Source: Eledone cirrhosa (Eukaryota). Taken from it: DNA of 64,000 nucleotides. The notes beneath the pieces were generated by a model. It was given only the letters and a program-made list of their open reading frames with translations. It did no database searches and was not told the DNA's origin. Of the stretch, positions 26,206 to 39,152 are shown piece by piece (the first letter of the stretch is position 1; each line of letters opens with the position of its first letter). The position numbers were made by a program, and so were the translations under genes. The DNA is taken from positions 341,000,001 through 341,064,000 of the forward strand of contig OZ024742.1 in NCBI GenBank assembly GCA_964016885.1, given 5' to 3'.

Positions 26206-26299
26206 CCCCCTGAGAAGCTCGGCTATTCATATACCAGAATAAAAATGTTCATTTAGTCCAGAATTAGCCGTCGAAACGGCTTGAGCTCAGCCGTCGGGG
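26206..26299 (+). ncRNA. Hammerhead-like motif, family F, variant core CUGAGAA
   Basis: CCCC-CUGAGAA-G..CGGCUA...UAGCCG.C-GAAA-CGGC uugagcuca GCCG-UC-GGGG. Confidence 0.7.
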
Positions 26300-26310
26300 A
26301 CCTACTCGTT

Positions 26311-26364
<54 letters not shown>

Positions 26365-26669
26365 TTAGGAAGAGCAAAAATCCGAAGAGTTTCATAAATC
26401 TAGTAGAGTGAAAGCAGAAATTATTTGCTTAAACTTTAATCTGTACTAATAATATGTATATATATGTGTGTGTGTGTGTATGTACCAGGATTGGACCAGT
26501 TTTAAACCAGTTATACCATCATGTACTCGATGCTTAGGAGAGTAGAGTGTGACTATATTAGAACGAGTGAGAGGGGTTACAATAATTTTATACAACCGAA
26601 ATCTTTGTGATCTTCAGAAATTAGTTGACGAAATAGGGATGCCTCAGCATTTACGTGTAGCACCCATCC

Positions 26670-26996
26670 ACCATCTGATTGAATTTCCTGTATACTCTGA
26701 GGATGAAAAACACAGAGCTGTACAGGAGCCTCCCAAATGTCAGCTCGAAAGTAGAACAGAGGAGACTGAGGTTAGATGGACGTGCTCACCGACATCCAGA
26801 GTTGACACTGCACTCAGTGTTCCCATGGGAGCCCATGCACGGACACACTAGAAGAGGGAGACCGAGGTTGACATATGTTGATGCCCCAAGGGCAGACACT
26901 GGTCTCTTGGAGACGCAGGACATGGCAGTGATGATGAGGAACAGAGACCGCTGGAGAGAACTCGTCCATGGATCTCAGGAATTTTACCCGCCCTAG
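26670..26996 (+). mobile_element. RTE-like LINE 3' fragment
   Basis: QRRLRL-GRAHRHPE...WEPMHGHTRRGRPRLTYVD...MRNRDRWRELV, a typical RTE C-terminus. Confidence 0.75.
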
Positions 26997-27184
26997 ATAA
27001 ATAGATACATTGATATTTCTAATATAGTATGTTGTTTGTGGTAACTTCAAAATAGATCCCAATATTTAAGTGTGTGTATGTTACAGCTCACACCTATGCA
27101 GGTTTAGCTGGCCTCCTCCAAGGTATATCTCGTTGGAGGTGTCTTGGGTGATTTAATGATAGGAAACCCTGTCCCTATCATCTC

Positions 27185-27325
27185 ATTTCTACAGCTGAGA
27201 AAACTGGAGCAACATGAAATAAACTGTCTTGCTTAAGTAAACAACACATAACTCGGTCCAAGAATTGAACTCACAACCGTTCGATTGCAAGCCCATTGCT
27301 CTCACCACTAAGCCATGCGCCTTCA
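27185..27325 (-). mobile_element. Second tRNA-derived SINE family (S2), old copy
   Basis: Minus strand GAAGGCGCATGGCTTAGTGG...GAGTTCAATTC (A/B boxes), then AGCAAGACAGTTTATTTCA; a relative lies at 30350-30465. Confidence 0.65.
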
Positions 27326-27593
27326 CCATTATTTAAGTAGCATTAACTGGAGATCTTTGGAAACTGAAGAGTCTCCTATATGGTCGATTGATTACGTCTG
27401 GGAAGGGAGGCGTTGTTTGGCAGCCAGAGAAATGGTCGATATTGATCTTTTAACATAGTGTTTGATTAAGTCACATAATTACCTCTGATCATATTGTTGA
27501 ATAATTCGGCAATTAGAATACGATTTTGTAACTACTTCCGGCAGATTTAGCTCTCACTTTGTGACTTGTGTGTATTGCATTAGCGTGTCTGTT

Positions 27594-27624
<31 letters not shown>

Positions 27625-27674
27625 CAGTGTGTGTGTGTATGCGTGTATGTGTGTGAGGGAGACAGGGAGAGAGA

Positions 27675-27779
<105 letters not shown>

Positions 27780-28956
27780 TGCTTGACTTAGTGGTTCGGG
27801 TGTTTGGCTGACGATCGTACGTTCAATTCTATTCAAAACGTTCTATTTCCACTTACTCTGAACCCATCAACTTTCGGGTGCTACTGGTAACATGTAACCC
27901 AGTACAACCTGTCACACTACCGGGTCATCGGTGACGAAACCGGCAATCCTATCAAACTCGTTTGGTGAGAAGTGTTGTTTTGGGACACCTTGTGGAATGA
28001 AAGGGTGAGAAATTCAGGACGGCCAAGGGCCATTTAAACATGTCTAAAACAAAATCGGTTGGAAAGAACTCGTCAGCTTTATTTGGCACTCTGACTAGGA
28101 GAAAGATCACTCTGATATCAGAACCGGGGTAAATAGGGCTATGTAGTCACCTTGGTGACAACCTTTGAAATGGCAAACAGCTTCATGCTTGTGGAGAAGT
28201 TGGATGAGCTGCGTTTGGTAGCCAGTTTCAAGTAATGGTCGGACGAGTATTCGGGTCCCCACGAAGTCATAGACATAGAGCATTATATACAAGAGCATTG
28301 GTACAATTGTGCACAGACCATAACCCTCACCAATGACCGCAACCCTCAGCAATGACCACAACCCTACCAATGACCGCAACCCTCAGCAGACTTAGTTGGC
28401 CAAAATTAGTTGTACCTGTAATTCAAAGTTCTAGCCTCGTTACACAGAGTCACGCTGAATTCCACTATTACCTATGTTTAACTTAGAAATGCCTGTGGAA
28501 TTCTCAGTCACTTGCACTTAATTTTACGAGCTGGTTGTTACATTGGTTAAATAACATGAACACTCATCGTCGAAGCCGATGGAGGTCCCACAGTAATATT
28601 ATTGCGAGTGTGCGTGTCTTCCATATAGTCATTTCATGCAAATTATTGGCCCCATCGTTGGAAGCAAAAACTATTCAATAGTCATTGCTTGTTCTGTAAT
28701 GAATAGAAATATGATTAGTAACGGTTCTAAATATCATTACCGAAGGGTATCGCTTTGAAACATTCCAGATTAAATATTATCTCTAACTATTGAAAAAGGC
28801 AGAAGTCGCAGCTGTAGCTTTTCTTAAGAATCTTCCAGCTAAATATATTTTAATTGATATAAAATGTTAGGAAGAAATGTTTATGTGAAATTTTCACATG
28901 AAAGTTGAAAGGCAGGCCTCATTCTTTTAATTTGAAAACTGTAGCGAAAGATATAT

Positions 28957-29059
<103 letters not shown>

Positions 29060-29339
29060 AAAATGGCGTAGACATACAATAGAACAGGAGGAAGATAATA
29101 GTACCACTGATGATGTTGCAGATATGCAACGAAAGAACTTTGTTAGACTATATATGTATTTATATCTGTATTTTTGACCGTTGGTCAGTCAGTGATAAAC
29201 ATTGAGGACCAAATGAATTAACTGTGGAGATATAAAAGATACAGAAACGAAAACCAACTAAACAGTGAGTGTGTTCTGTTATTATTTCTGGCAATATTAT
29301 TACAACAATATGACCCTCCCCAAGTATAACAATTATATA

Positions 29340-30243
29340 TCTATATATCTTATATAATAAAGTTGTAGTTCCTGTCCGTTTGTTTGTTTGTCCACGAACT
29401 CCTATGGTTTTGGAGATAGACCCCATAACCATATATATTATGAGACTACATTGTCCAGGTTACTTGGATAAGTATATTTCATTTTAATCAAAGGGTTCTC
29501 CGGGGGCGCAAACCCCCGCTTGACCCCGCTGAAAAATGTTTCCCTTCGATTTATATGAAATTTAAACAATATGTAAATGACAAGATACAATGCCTATTCA
29601 CAAAATCTCAGCAAATTTCAATAATATTAAGACACCTTAATGGGGGTTAAACGCCCTATAGTGAACATTTTAGAAGCCCATAACTTGAGTAATGGAACCT
29701 CTATTATCACGGGGGTTTTCTATTAATTAAACGTAAATCAACAAAAAAGAATCACCTCTCTTTTATAGTAAAATAGCAGAGTACCTTATTTCATTTTAAT
29801 CAAAGGGTTCCCCGGGGGCATAAACCGCCGCTGAAAATCTTTTCCCTTCGATTTATATGAAATTTAAACCATAGGTAAATGACAAGATATGATGCCTATT
29901 CACAATATTTCAGCAAATTTCAATAATATTAAGACACCCCCTATAGTGAAAATTTTGGAAGCCCATAACTTGAGTATTGGAACCTCTATTATCACGCGGT
30001 TTTTCTATTAATTAAACGTAAATCAACAAAAGAGCACCTCTCTTTTATCGTAAAATTTGGCTAATTTAGTCATTTTATCATCACTAGAATTATGACAACA
30101 AAAATTATTAGTTAATGCCTCTACTTTATTAACATTTTCCCTTTATTTTTTCTCCATAAATTATATCACTGATTTAAAATCAATTATCATTTTCTTACAA
30201 AAAAAATGTGTGAAACGCAGCAAGGCGCGGGTAATTCGGCTAG
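29340..30243 (+). mobile_element. Non-autonomous Helitron with an internal duplication of about 300 bp
   Basis: 5' TCTATATATCTTATATAATAAAG plus (GTTT)n; 3' GC-rich hairpin, then CTAG|T; 29476-29775 is similar to 29788-30055. Confidence 0.8.
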
Positions 30244-30349
30244 TATATATATATATATATCGCCAGTCGAACGACAAGAACTCAGACCTCGTCAAATCGG
30301 AAAACAATGTTTCTATTGGTCTTTCCAGTTGCTAATACTAAGTCCAGGA

Positions 30350-30465
30350 AGAAGGAGCAACGTGAAATAAAACATCTTGCTGAAGGACATAACGCATCAC
30401 GTGGTCCAGGAATCGTACTCACAACCTCCCGATTGCAAATCCAATTCTCTAACCAGCAGCCACGT
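30350..30465 (-). mobile_element. SINE S2 fragment
   Basis: GGAGCAACGTGAAATAAAACATCTTGC...GGTCCAGGAATCGTACTCACAACC is similar to 27205-27290. Confidence 0.6.
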
Positions 30466-31119
30466 GTCTATATCTTAGGGTTCCCTCCTTTCATTTGTCT
30501 ATAAATCAAATACAAATCTAGGTAGATTGACGGAGTTGATAAAGTATCATATGGAATAATTTATGACGTGTTCTCATATCAGTTTATTTTGTCACCAGAA
30601 AAGCGGTGACGCTTCTGCCAAGAGTTACCACTGGTGGATAGTATCAACAATGCTAAGACCAATTGAAATATTTTCCTTGGGTCAATCTGACTATCTGCTT
30701 GTTTAGTTTCCTTCATTTTTCTTTCTGGTTATGAAAACCATGTAATTTGACTTCATTCACCATTCACCATACTTGCATGAGATAATTTAATATCAGAATC
30801 AGTTCATATTAACTTCGTTAGAATGTGGACGGTTGATTGGCTGAATGGTTAGAATGGCAGACGAAATACTTTGCATCATTTAATTACAGACTTTTATATT
30901 TCTGAGATCAAATCTAACTAAGTTTAACCCTACCGTTCATTTGATTAATTTTAGTGCGTAAATATTTTAGTTTTATTTACTTAAACATACAGAAATAGAA
31001 AGTAGTATTGGAAAGAACTATAAATGCAATAGATGAAAGGAAAAGGAGAGAAAGGGCAAGGACTTCTAGATAAAGGAAGAAAGAAAGGGGGAAAGGGAGA
31101 GGGTGTCAAACTCTACACC

Positions 31120-31212
31120 TAGGTCAGAGCCTTGTTTTGGCTACGCCTCACAGTCAAAATGGCAAAGGTATTCCTGCGGTAAATGGCCAATGACACTCGC
31201 TGCGACACCATT
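31120..31212 (-). mobile_element. Extreme 3' end of a CRE-like non-LTR element
   Basis: Minus translation VSQRVSLAIYRRNTFAIL resembles the CRE C-terminal QRxSxAxQRGNA motif. Confidence 0.45.
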
Positions 31213-31310
31213 AAGTAACAGTCAAGTTATGAGTTAATTAACTTAACCTAAATCTGACCACAAAGTTGCTGACTTGGCGTTTGAATTAGAAACCATTATT
31301 TTTCGTCTCA

Positions 31311-31496
31311 GGTGGATTGGCAGTATCAGTAGAGGGTCTGACGGCATGCTTTCCAGCAAAGAGTTACGGCCCTTTATGGTCTGAGTTCAAATCCCGCCGA
31401 GGTTAACTTTGCCTTACATCCTTACGGGGTTGATAAAATAAAGTACCCGTAACACACTGGGTAATTGCTGGCCTTGTGCCAAAAGTAGAAACCATT
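31311..31496 (+). mobile_element. tRNA-derived SINE S1 with long TSD
   Basis: S1 consensus; TAGAAACCATTATTTTTCGTCTCA on both sides. Confidence 0.9.
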
Positions 31497-32049
31497 ATTT
31501 TTCGTCTCAATATTTGTACGTTTATATTAACATAGTAAATCAGATTTTTATTTTGTATTTAAAATAAAAGAGGCTGTCTCGCGCTCAGCACTTCCTGTTT
31601 CTGGAAAAAACAAGTTTCGTTGTGAATGTCTCAGAGAAACAAGATTCATCACATAGCCAAGATAAAGAATATATGTCTGTGTGTGTCTGTGTGTGTCTGT
31701 GTGTGTATATATACTGTGTCGTTTGCTTTGTTATTTCTGTTTACTTTTACATACATGTATACACACATATATATGTGTGTGTGTGTGTATGTGTGTGTGT
31801 GTGTGTGTATACTGTGTCGTTTGCTTTGTTATTTCTGTTTACTTTTACATACTTACATGTACACACACACATATATATGTGTGTGTGTGTGTGTGTATAC
31901 ATGTATATAGATATATATGTATGTCCGTGTGTGTATGTGTGTATGTGTGTATGTGTGTATGTATAGATGCATATCCATTATTTAGTGTTGAATCATTCAA
32001 AATACTGTGCTATTATTTATTATATAGTGTTGTTGTTGCTGTGGTTAAG

Positions 32050-33927
32050 TTTGTGGTGGTAGTGGTGGTGGTGATGGTATGGTGGTGGTGGTATGGTGGT
32101 GGTGGTGGTGGTGGTGGTGGTGGTGGTAGTGGTGGTGGTGGTGGTATGGTGGTGGTGGTGGTGGTGGTGGTGGTGGTGGTGGTGGTGGTGGTGGTGGTGA
32201 TGGTATGGTGGTGGTGATGGTGGTGGTGGTGGTGGTGATGGTGGTAGTGGTGGTGGTGATGGTATGGTGGTGGTGGTGGTGATGATGGTATGGTGGTGGT
32301 GGTGGTGGTATGGTGGTGGTGGTGGTGGTATGGTGGTGGTGGTGGTGGTGGTAGTGGTGGTGGTGGTGGTATGGTGGTGGTGTTGGTGGTATGGTGGTGG
32401 TGGTGGTGGTGGTGGTGATGGTGGTAGTGGTGGTGGTGATGGTATGGTGGTGGTGGTGGTGGTATGGTGGTAGTGGTGGTGGTGATGGTATGGTGGTGGT
32501 GGTGGTGGTATGGTGGTGGTGGTGGTGGTATGGTGGTAGTGGTGGTGGTGATGGTATGGTGGTGGTGGTGGTGGTATGGTGGTGGTGGTGGTGGTGGTGG
32601 TGGTGATGGTATGGTGGTGGTGGTGGTATGGTGGTGGTGGTGGTGGTGGTGGTGGTAGTGGTGGTGGTGATGGTATGGTGGTGGTGGTGGTGGTATGGTG
32701 GTGGTGGTGGTGGTGGTGGTGGTGGTGATGGTATGGTGGTGGTGGTGGTGGTATGGTGGTGGTGGTGGTGGTGATGGTATGGTGGCGGTGGTGGCGGTGA
32801 TGGTATGGGGGTGGTGGTGGTGGTGGTATGGTGGTGTGGTGGTAGTGGTGGTGGTGGTGGTGGTGGTGGTGATGGTATGGTGGTGGTGGTGGTGATGGTA
32901 TGGTGATGGTAGTGGTGGTGGTGGTGGTGATGGTATGGTGATGGTAGTGGTGGTGGTGGTGGTGATGGTATGGTGATGGTAGTGGTGGTGATGGTATGAT
33001 GGTGGTGGTGGTGGTGATGGTATGGTGGTGGTGGTGGTGGTGATGGTATGGTGGTGGTGGTGGTGATGGTATAGTGATGGTAGTGGTGGTGGTGGTGGTG
33101 ATGGTATGGTGATGGTAGTGGTGGTGGTGGTGGTGATGGTATGGTGGTGGTGGTGGTGATGGTATGGTGATGGTAGTGGTGGTGGTGGTGGTGATGGTAT
33201 GGTGATGGTAGTGGTGGTGGTGGTGGTGATGGTATGGTGATGGTAGTGGTGGTGGTGGTGGTGATGGTATGGTGATGGTAGTGGTGGTGATGGTATGATG
33301 GTGGTGGTGGTGGTGATGGTATGGTGGTGGTGGTGGTGGTGGTGATGGTATGGTGGTGGTGGTGGTGGTGGTGATGGTATGGTGGTGCTGATAGTGTTGG
33401 TGGTGGTGATGGTATGGTGGTGGTGATGGTATGGTGGTGGTGGTGGTATGGTGGTGTGGTGGTAGTGGTGGTGGTGGTGAGGGTGGTGGTGGTGGTAATG
33501 GTGGTAGTGGTGGTGGTGGTGGTGGTGGTGGTGGTGGTGGTGGTGGTGGTGGTGGTTGTGGTGGTTGTGGTGGTGGTGGTGGTGGTGGTGGTGGTTGTGG
33601 TGATGTTATGGTGGTGGTGGTGATTGTAGTGGTGTTAGCGGTGGTGATAGTGGTGGTGATGGTATGGTGGTGGTAGTGGTAGTGGTGGTAGTGGTGATGG
33701 TATGGTGATGGTAGTGGTGGTGGTGGTGGTGGTGATGGTATGGTGGTGGTGGTGATGGTATGGTGGTGGTCGTGGTGATAGTATAGTGGTGGTGGTGGTG
33801 ATGGTATGGTGGTGGTGGTGATGGTATGGTGGTGGTGGTGAAGATATGGTGGTGATGGTATGGTGGTGGTGCTGGTGACAGTATGGTGGTGTTGGTGGTG
33901 ATGGTATGGTGGTGGTGGTTGTGGTGG
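32050..33927. repeat. (GGT)n-derived satellite of about 1.9 kb with GATGGTAT/GGTAGT variants
   Basis: Continuous GGT array with higher-order periodicity; a related (CCA)n tract lies at 49600-49735. Confidence 0.95.
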
Positions 33928-34009
33928 GTCCCTCGTTGGTTTCAGTACTCTATAGAATTGTCACTTAAACACAGCCGTATAACACAAGTCTATCCCCCCC
34001 CGTCTCTCA

Positions 34010-34665
34010 CGTTGTGTGTGTATACCTGTGTACGTGTATGTGTGTATGTGCATGTCTGTATGTGCGCGTGTGTGTTGGTGTATGAGTATGTGTGTCGGTG
34101 TATGTGTCTTTGTGTGTGTCCGTGCATGTAGCTGTGTGTGTCTGTGTATGTCTATGTGTGTAAATGTCTGTGCGTATGTATGTGTGTGTATGTGTCTGTG
34201 CTTGTGCTGGTGTAACAGTGTCTCTATCGGTGTATGTGTCAGTGTGTATGTTGGTGTAAGAGTGTGTGTCGGTGTATGGGTTTAAGTGTGTATGGGTGTG
34301 TGTGTGCGTGTGTGTGAGTTGTGTGTGTGCGTGTGTGTGTGCGTGTGTGTATGGGTGGGTGTGGGTGTGGGTGTGGGTGTATGTGTATGTGTGTGAGTGT
34401 GTGTGTGGGCGTATGTGTATGTGTGTGTGCGTGTGTGTATGTGTGTGTGTGCGTGTGTGTGCGTGCGTATCTGTAAGTGGGTGTGTGGGTGTGCGTGTGT
34501 ATGTATGCGTATGTGTGTGTGTGTGTGTGTGTGCGTGTGTGTATGTGTGTGTGTGTGCGTGTGTGTGTGCGTGCGTGCGTGTGTGCGTGTGTGGGTGTAT
34601 GCCGTGTGGGTGTGTGCGTTTGTGTGTGTGTGTGAGTGTGTGAGTGTGTGTGTGTGTATGTGTTT
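34010..34665. repeat. Degenerate (TG)n microsatellite
   Basis: Low complexity. Confidence 0.9.
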
Positions 34666-34999
34666 GTTATACCTCTTCGTAAATCACAAAACAATATATT
34701 TTATATATATATTGAAATGAAACTTATGAAAGAAGAACATAAATTTAACTAAAAAATAGAAAACAAAGGCAACATTAAATATTAAGCAATCAAAAATTGA
34801 AAAGCTCACCACGAAGTCACAATAAAACAGAATAATATGTAAAGATAATGTATGAAACTGCAGCAGATAAGGGAAGATAATCTACAGCAACAAAACACCA
34901 TTGATTTCGGGACTGAATAGGAGGCCCTTGAGGTAGGTAGTCACAATAGGCACAAGTTGGTGTATCTTTAAAACCACTAGAATAGTCACTGTCACTTTT

Positions 35000-35033
<34 letters not shown>

Positions 35034-35039
<6 letters not shown>

Positions 35040-35266
35040 GTACAGTAGTATGTATATACATACATACATGCACACATATATGTACGTATGGGTTTACCGA
35101 ACTCTTATTATAATGTTCGGTTTGTTTGTAAACAAATATATATGTGTACTTGTATATATGTATATACATACTACTGTACGTCTGTATACATATTTGTATG
35201 TACTTATACATACTTATATTTAAGTATCAGCCGTACAAATAGTGAGAAATGAAATTTCATTTTTAG

Positions 35267-35268
<2 letters not shown>
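35034..35268. repeat. Short inverted derivative of family G
   Basis: AGACGTACAGTAGTATG...CATACTACTGTACGTCT; homologous to 37072-37670 and 52255-53108. Confidence 0.75.
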
Positions 35269-35310
<42 letters not shown>

Positions 35311-35698
35311 TAGGCTGTCTGTACGTGTGTAGTACTCATATTTGTGTAGATTTTAAATCTAATTCAATCCTGTGAGATAAACTGGAATAATATTTAATCA
35401 TAATTGAATCTGAGTAAGTAGCAATCCGAAGTTTCTCGTATCTGATCCTCTAATGACTACAGTAAGAAAAAACACCGAGTAACTTTGAAGTTCCCTCCTT
35501 ATTAACAACATTAAATTTGATCTCCCAAATATCGAAAACTATGTCTTTAGAGTCCTCTGTTGAATGTGAGGTCCAATGTTGTAACTTTATTAGCTCATGC
35601 GTATTATAACTTATTAATGTGTTAGTGTAGATAATATATATTTCACACTTTTGTTATATGTAAGACTTCTGTTATATATATATATATATATATATATA

Positions 35699-36970
35699 CA
35701 GGGGTTGGACAAAATAATGGAAACACCTTAAAATTTCAAACAAATTTATTTTAATATGGTGTAGGACCACCTTTGGCAGTAATTACAGTTTGAATTCTAC
35801 GAGGTATGGACTCCTACAAAGTTTGAATTGTTTCCAAAGGAATTTTTGTCCATTCTTCAGCTAAAGCAGTCTCCGGTTCTTGTAGTGATGATGGTGGAGG
35901 ATATTGACTCCTTACTTGTTTTTCTAAAATGCACCATAAATGTTCAATAATATTGAGATCTGGGGACGCTGGTGTCCAGATAAGATGTTCAACTTCACTA
36001 GAATGTTCCTCGTGCCATTCAGTAACAACTTTAGCTGTGTGAATTGGTGCATTTCATCCTGAAAGATTGCGTTTCCCTCCGGAAACATTTCCGCAACCAT
36101 AGGATGAATTTGATCAGATAAAATGCATAAATAGTCTTGACTATTAATTCTGCCATGAAGGGAAACAATTGGGCCGGCGGATTTCCAAGATATAGCCCCG
36201 CCAGATCATCACAGATCCTCCTCCATGTTTAACAGTTGGAAGAAGCCAGTCTGGGTCAAATGCTTCTTTTGGCTGTCTCCACACGTATACTCGGCCAGTG
36301 GTTGGAAATAAGGTAAAGGATGACTTGTCCGAGAAAATAGCATCTTCCACTGCTCTAGGGACCAATTATGTAGGTTTTTTACTCCACTCTGAACGCTTTG
36401 CAACGTTTGTTTTTGAAAGTAGTGGTTTTCTGATTGCAGCCCTCCCGTGAAATCCGGCTTTGTGCAGCTCCCGGCGAACAGTTTTTGTGGAAACTGGGTT
36501 CTCGATGTGGTCATTAAGCTCTGCAGTAATTTTGGGAGCTGTACCTTTGTGATCCTTTCTAACAATTCGCGTAAGAGTCCGACGGTCCCCATCTGAAAGT
36601 TTTGGTTTTCTTCCAGAGTTTTGTTTCGACGAGGAGATTTTTCCCTCTTTCTCAAAGGCTGTCATTACTTTCGAGACAGTACTTCTTGATACACCAAACA
36701 TTTTGGCTGTTTTCGTTACGCTAGCGCCTGCCATACGAGCACCAACAATTTGACCTCTTTGAAAGTCCGATAGATCTGTCATTTTAATGAATTTTAATTG
36801 CCTTTTTCTGATGATATCTGAAAAGAAACAGCAATTTTAACAAAACATATTAATCAATACTAATAATAAATCAAAAAACATAAAAATAAACAAGCTTTGA
36901 AGGTTTTATAGATATTTCAAAATTATGATGCTATGATTCTAGGTGTTTCCATTATTTTGTCCAACACCTG
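35699..36970 (-). mobile_element. Tc1-family DNA transposon, second copy, frameshifted
   Basis: Same TIRs as 11891-13168; transposase pieces at 36366-36782 and 36144-36365 (FSDKS, TVKHGGGSVMIW). Confidence 0.95.
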
Positions 36971-37032
36971 TATATATATATATATATATTTCGTTTCTGA
37001 ATTTGTTTAGCAACATGACCCTCCCAAAGTAT

Positions 37033-37071
<39 letters not shown>

Positions 37072-37075
<4 letters not shown>

Positions 37076-37670
37076 TATGTATACGTACATACATATATGT
37101 ATACAGACGTACAGTAGTATGTATATATATATACATACATGCACACATATATATATATATGTACGTATGGATTCGCCAAACATTTATTATAATGCTCGGT
37201 GTGTTTGTAAACAAACATGCCGTATTAAGCCGTAGTGTCTAGCAACCACCGTTGCTCGTTTGTTCAACACTGACAAAGGAACGCTGTACTAGTTTCACGC
37301 TTGTTAGCTATCGTCAGCAACATATACCTTCCTGCCAGATAGTTGAACGTCCGAAAGTATATACTTTCCTTATGCATATTAACGGCTGAGCAGGCTAATT
37401 TGCATATCGAGTTGGTTAATCGGCCGGGTGCACCGAAAACGATAAACGGAAAAAATGAAACGAAATTTCATTTCCCAACCTTAGTACGGCTGTTACTTAA
37501 ATGTAAGTATGTATACCTGCATACATATATGTATACAGACGTACAGTAGTATGTATATATATATTCATACATGCACACATATATATATGTACGTATAGAT
37601 ACACCAAACATTTATTATAATGCTCGGTGTGTTTGTAAACAAACAACCCGTATTAAGCCGTTGTTCGTTT
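37072..37670 (-). mobile_element. Family G: ORF-less 432-bp monomer, about 1.4 tandem copies, with a hammerhead
   Basis: TAAGTATGTATAC...CAGACGTACAGTAG at 37072 and 37504. Confidence 0.8.
37282..37322 (-). ncRNA. Minimal type I hammerhead, family G
   Basis: UGUUG-CUGACGA-uaGCuaacaaGCgu-GAAA-CUAG-UA-CAGCG. Confidence 0.75.
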
Positions 37671-37882
37671 GTTTATATTTTGTTATTGTGTATGCAAAAA
37701 TATCTGTACATGAATATATAATTATATATATTAAAATAACAGATTAAAGATTAAGCAAAGAATCGCTGCTGTCACCCTTAACGGGATCTTCTGAAACTAA
37801 AAAAAATCAATCTGTGAACGCAGAAGTAAATATTTCGAAAAACGTTACACACTATATATATATTTACACACACACTATATAT

Positions 37883-37995
<113 letters not shown>

Positions 37996-38099
37996 TGTAG
38001 CGTCATAATGTCGTAATGCAGACAGCCAGACATACAGACATATATTATAAGGGCGCAATTTTATATCTAAGTATCTATCTAAAAAGAAAGACTAAGAAT

Positions 38100-38285
38100 T
38101 ATAGAGAGAAATCGCTAAATCGCCTAAGGCGGTCCCTAGGGCATTGAAAATTTGAAACATCTTTTGCCCACAACACTCACAGGACCATAAGTATTACATG
38201 TGTAAAGTTTGAAAACAATCTGTTGGGTGGTTCTCGAGTTTTAGGGAGTCAGACAGACAAACAGACATTCTCTGTTTTAGATATA
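38100..38285 (-). mobile_element. Helitron-like 5' end fragment
   Basis: GTGTAAAGTTTGAAAACAATC...GTTCTCGAGTTTTAG...(CAGA)n...TTTTAGATA, a Lep1-type 5' end architecture. Confidence 0.5.
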
Positions 38286-38506
38286 TATCTAAGACTTCTG
38301 TTATATATACAAAAGACGTCTGTTATATATAGATAAGACTTCTGTTATATATATCTAAGACTTCTGTTATATATATATAAGACTTCTGCTATATATATAT
38401 ATATATATATAAGACTTCTGTGATATATATGTAAGACTTCTGTTATATATAAGATTTCTGTTATATATATATATGTAAGACTTCTGTTATATATACGTAA
38501 GACTTC

Positions 38507-38559
<53 letters not shown>

Positions 38560-38576
38560 CATACTGATGAGAATAG

Positions 38577-38658
38577 ACATCCCTGACGACGGAATGTTTC
38601 TCAGTATCTTGTTCGGAAAATATATTTACTCCATTCCAGAAACTAATTAGTTGGAAGT
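38577..38658 (+). ncRNA. Type I hammerhead, family H
   Basis: ACAUCC-CUGACGA-cGGAAUG...CAUUCCa-GAAA-CUAAUUAG-UU-GGAAGU. Confidence 0.78.
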
Positions 38659-38824
38659 GATATTTTAGTAAGTAAGTTAATTTTATAATTTTCTTAATTT
38701 ACGTCTCTCATATTATTGTTCTGCAACCCCATGCATTGAACCACAATGTTACTAAGACAAAACCTATATATTTGCTAGCATTGATATGCATCTGTATGTA
38801 TATATATGTTACTAGATATTAATT

Positions 38825-38867
<43 letters not shown>

Positions 38868-38898
38868 AATATGCGGGTAGAAAAAACGAAATTAAACG

Positions 38899-38946
<48 letters not shown>

Positions 38947-39003
38947 CGTTTCGTTTCGCTTTTCTACGCGCCGGAATGCGATTCTCAGTGAATTTTATAT
39001 TTC

Positions 39004-39050
<47 letters not shown>

Positions 39051-39103
39051 GAAGTCTTACCTATATATAACAGAAGTCTTACATATATATATATAACAGA
39101 AAT

Positions 39104-39148
<45 letters not shown>

Positions 39149-39152
39149 ATAT

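Larger units (their letters stand above)
25924..26315. mobile_element. Family F element: near-perfect 312-bp palindrome (26004-26315) with two mirrored hammerheads
   Basis: Arms are reverse complements about GGTCAAA-TT-TTTGACC (26159/26160); ends in (TA)n. Confidence 0.88.

Noticed and set aside
32050-33927. Poly-Val, poly-Gly and poly-Trp ORFs
   Set aside because: Translation of the GGT satellite; no evidence of coding
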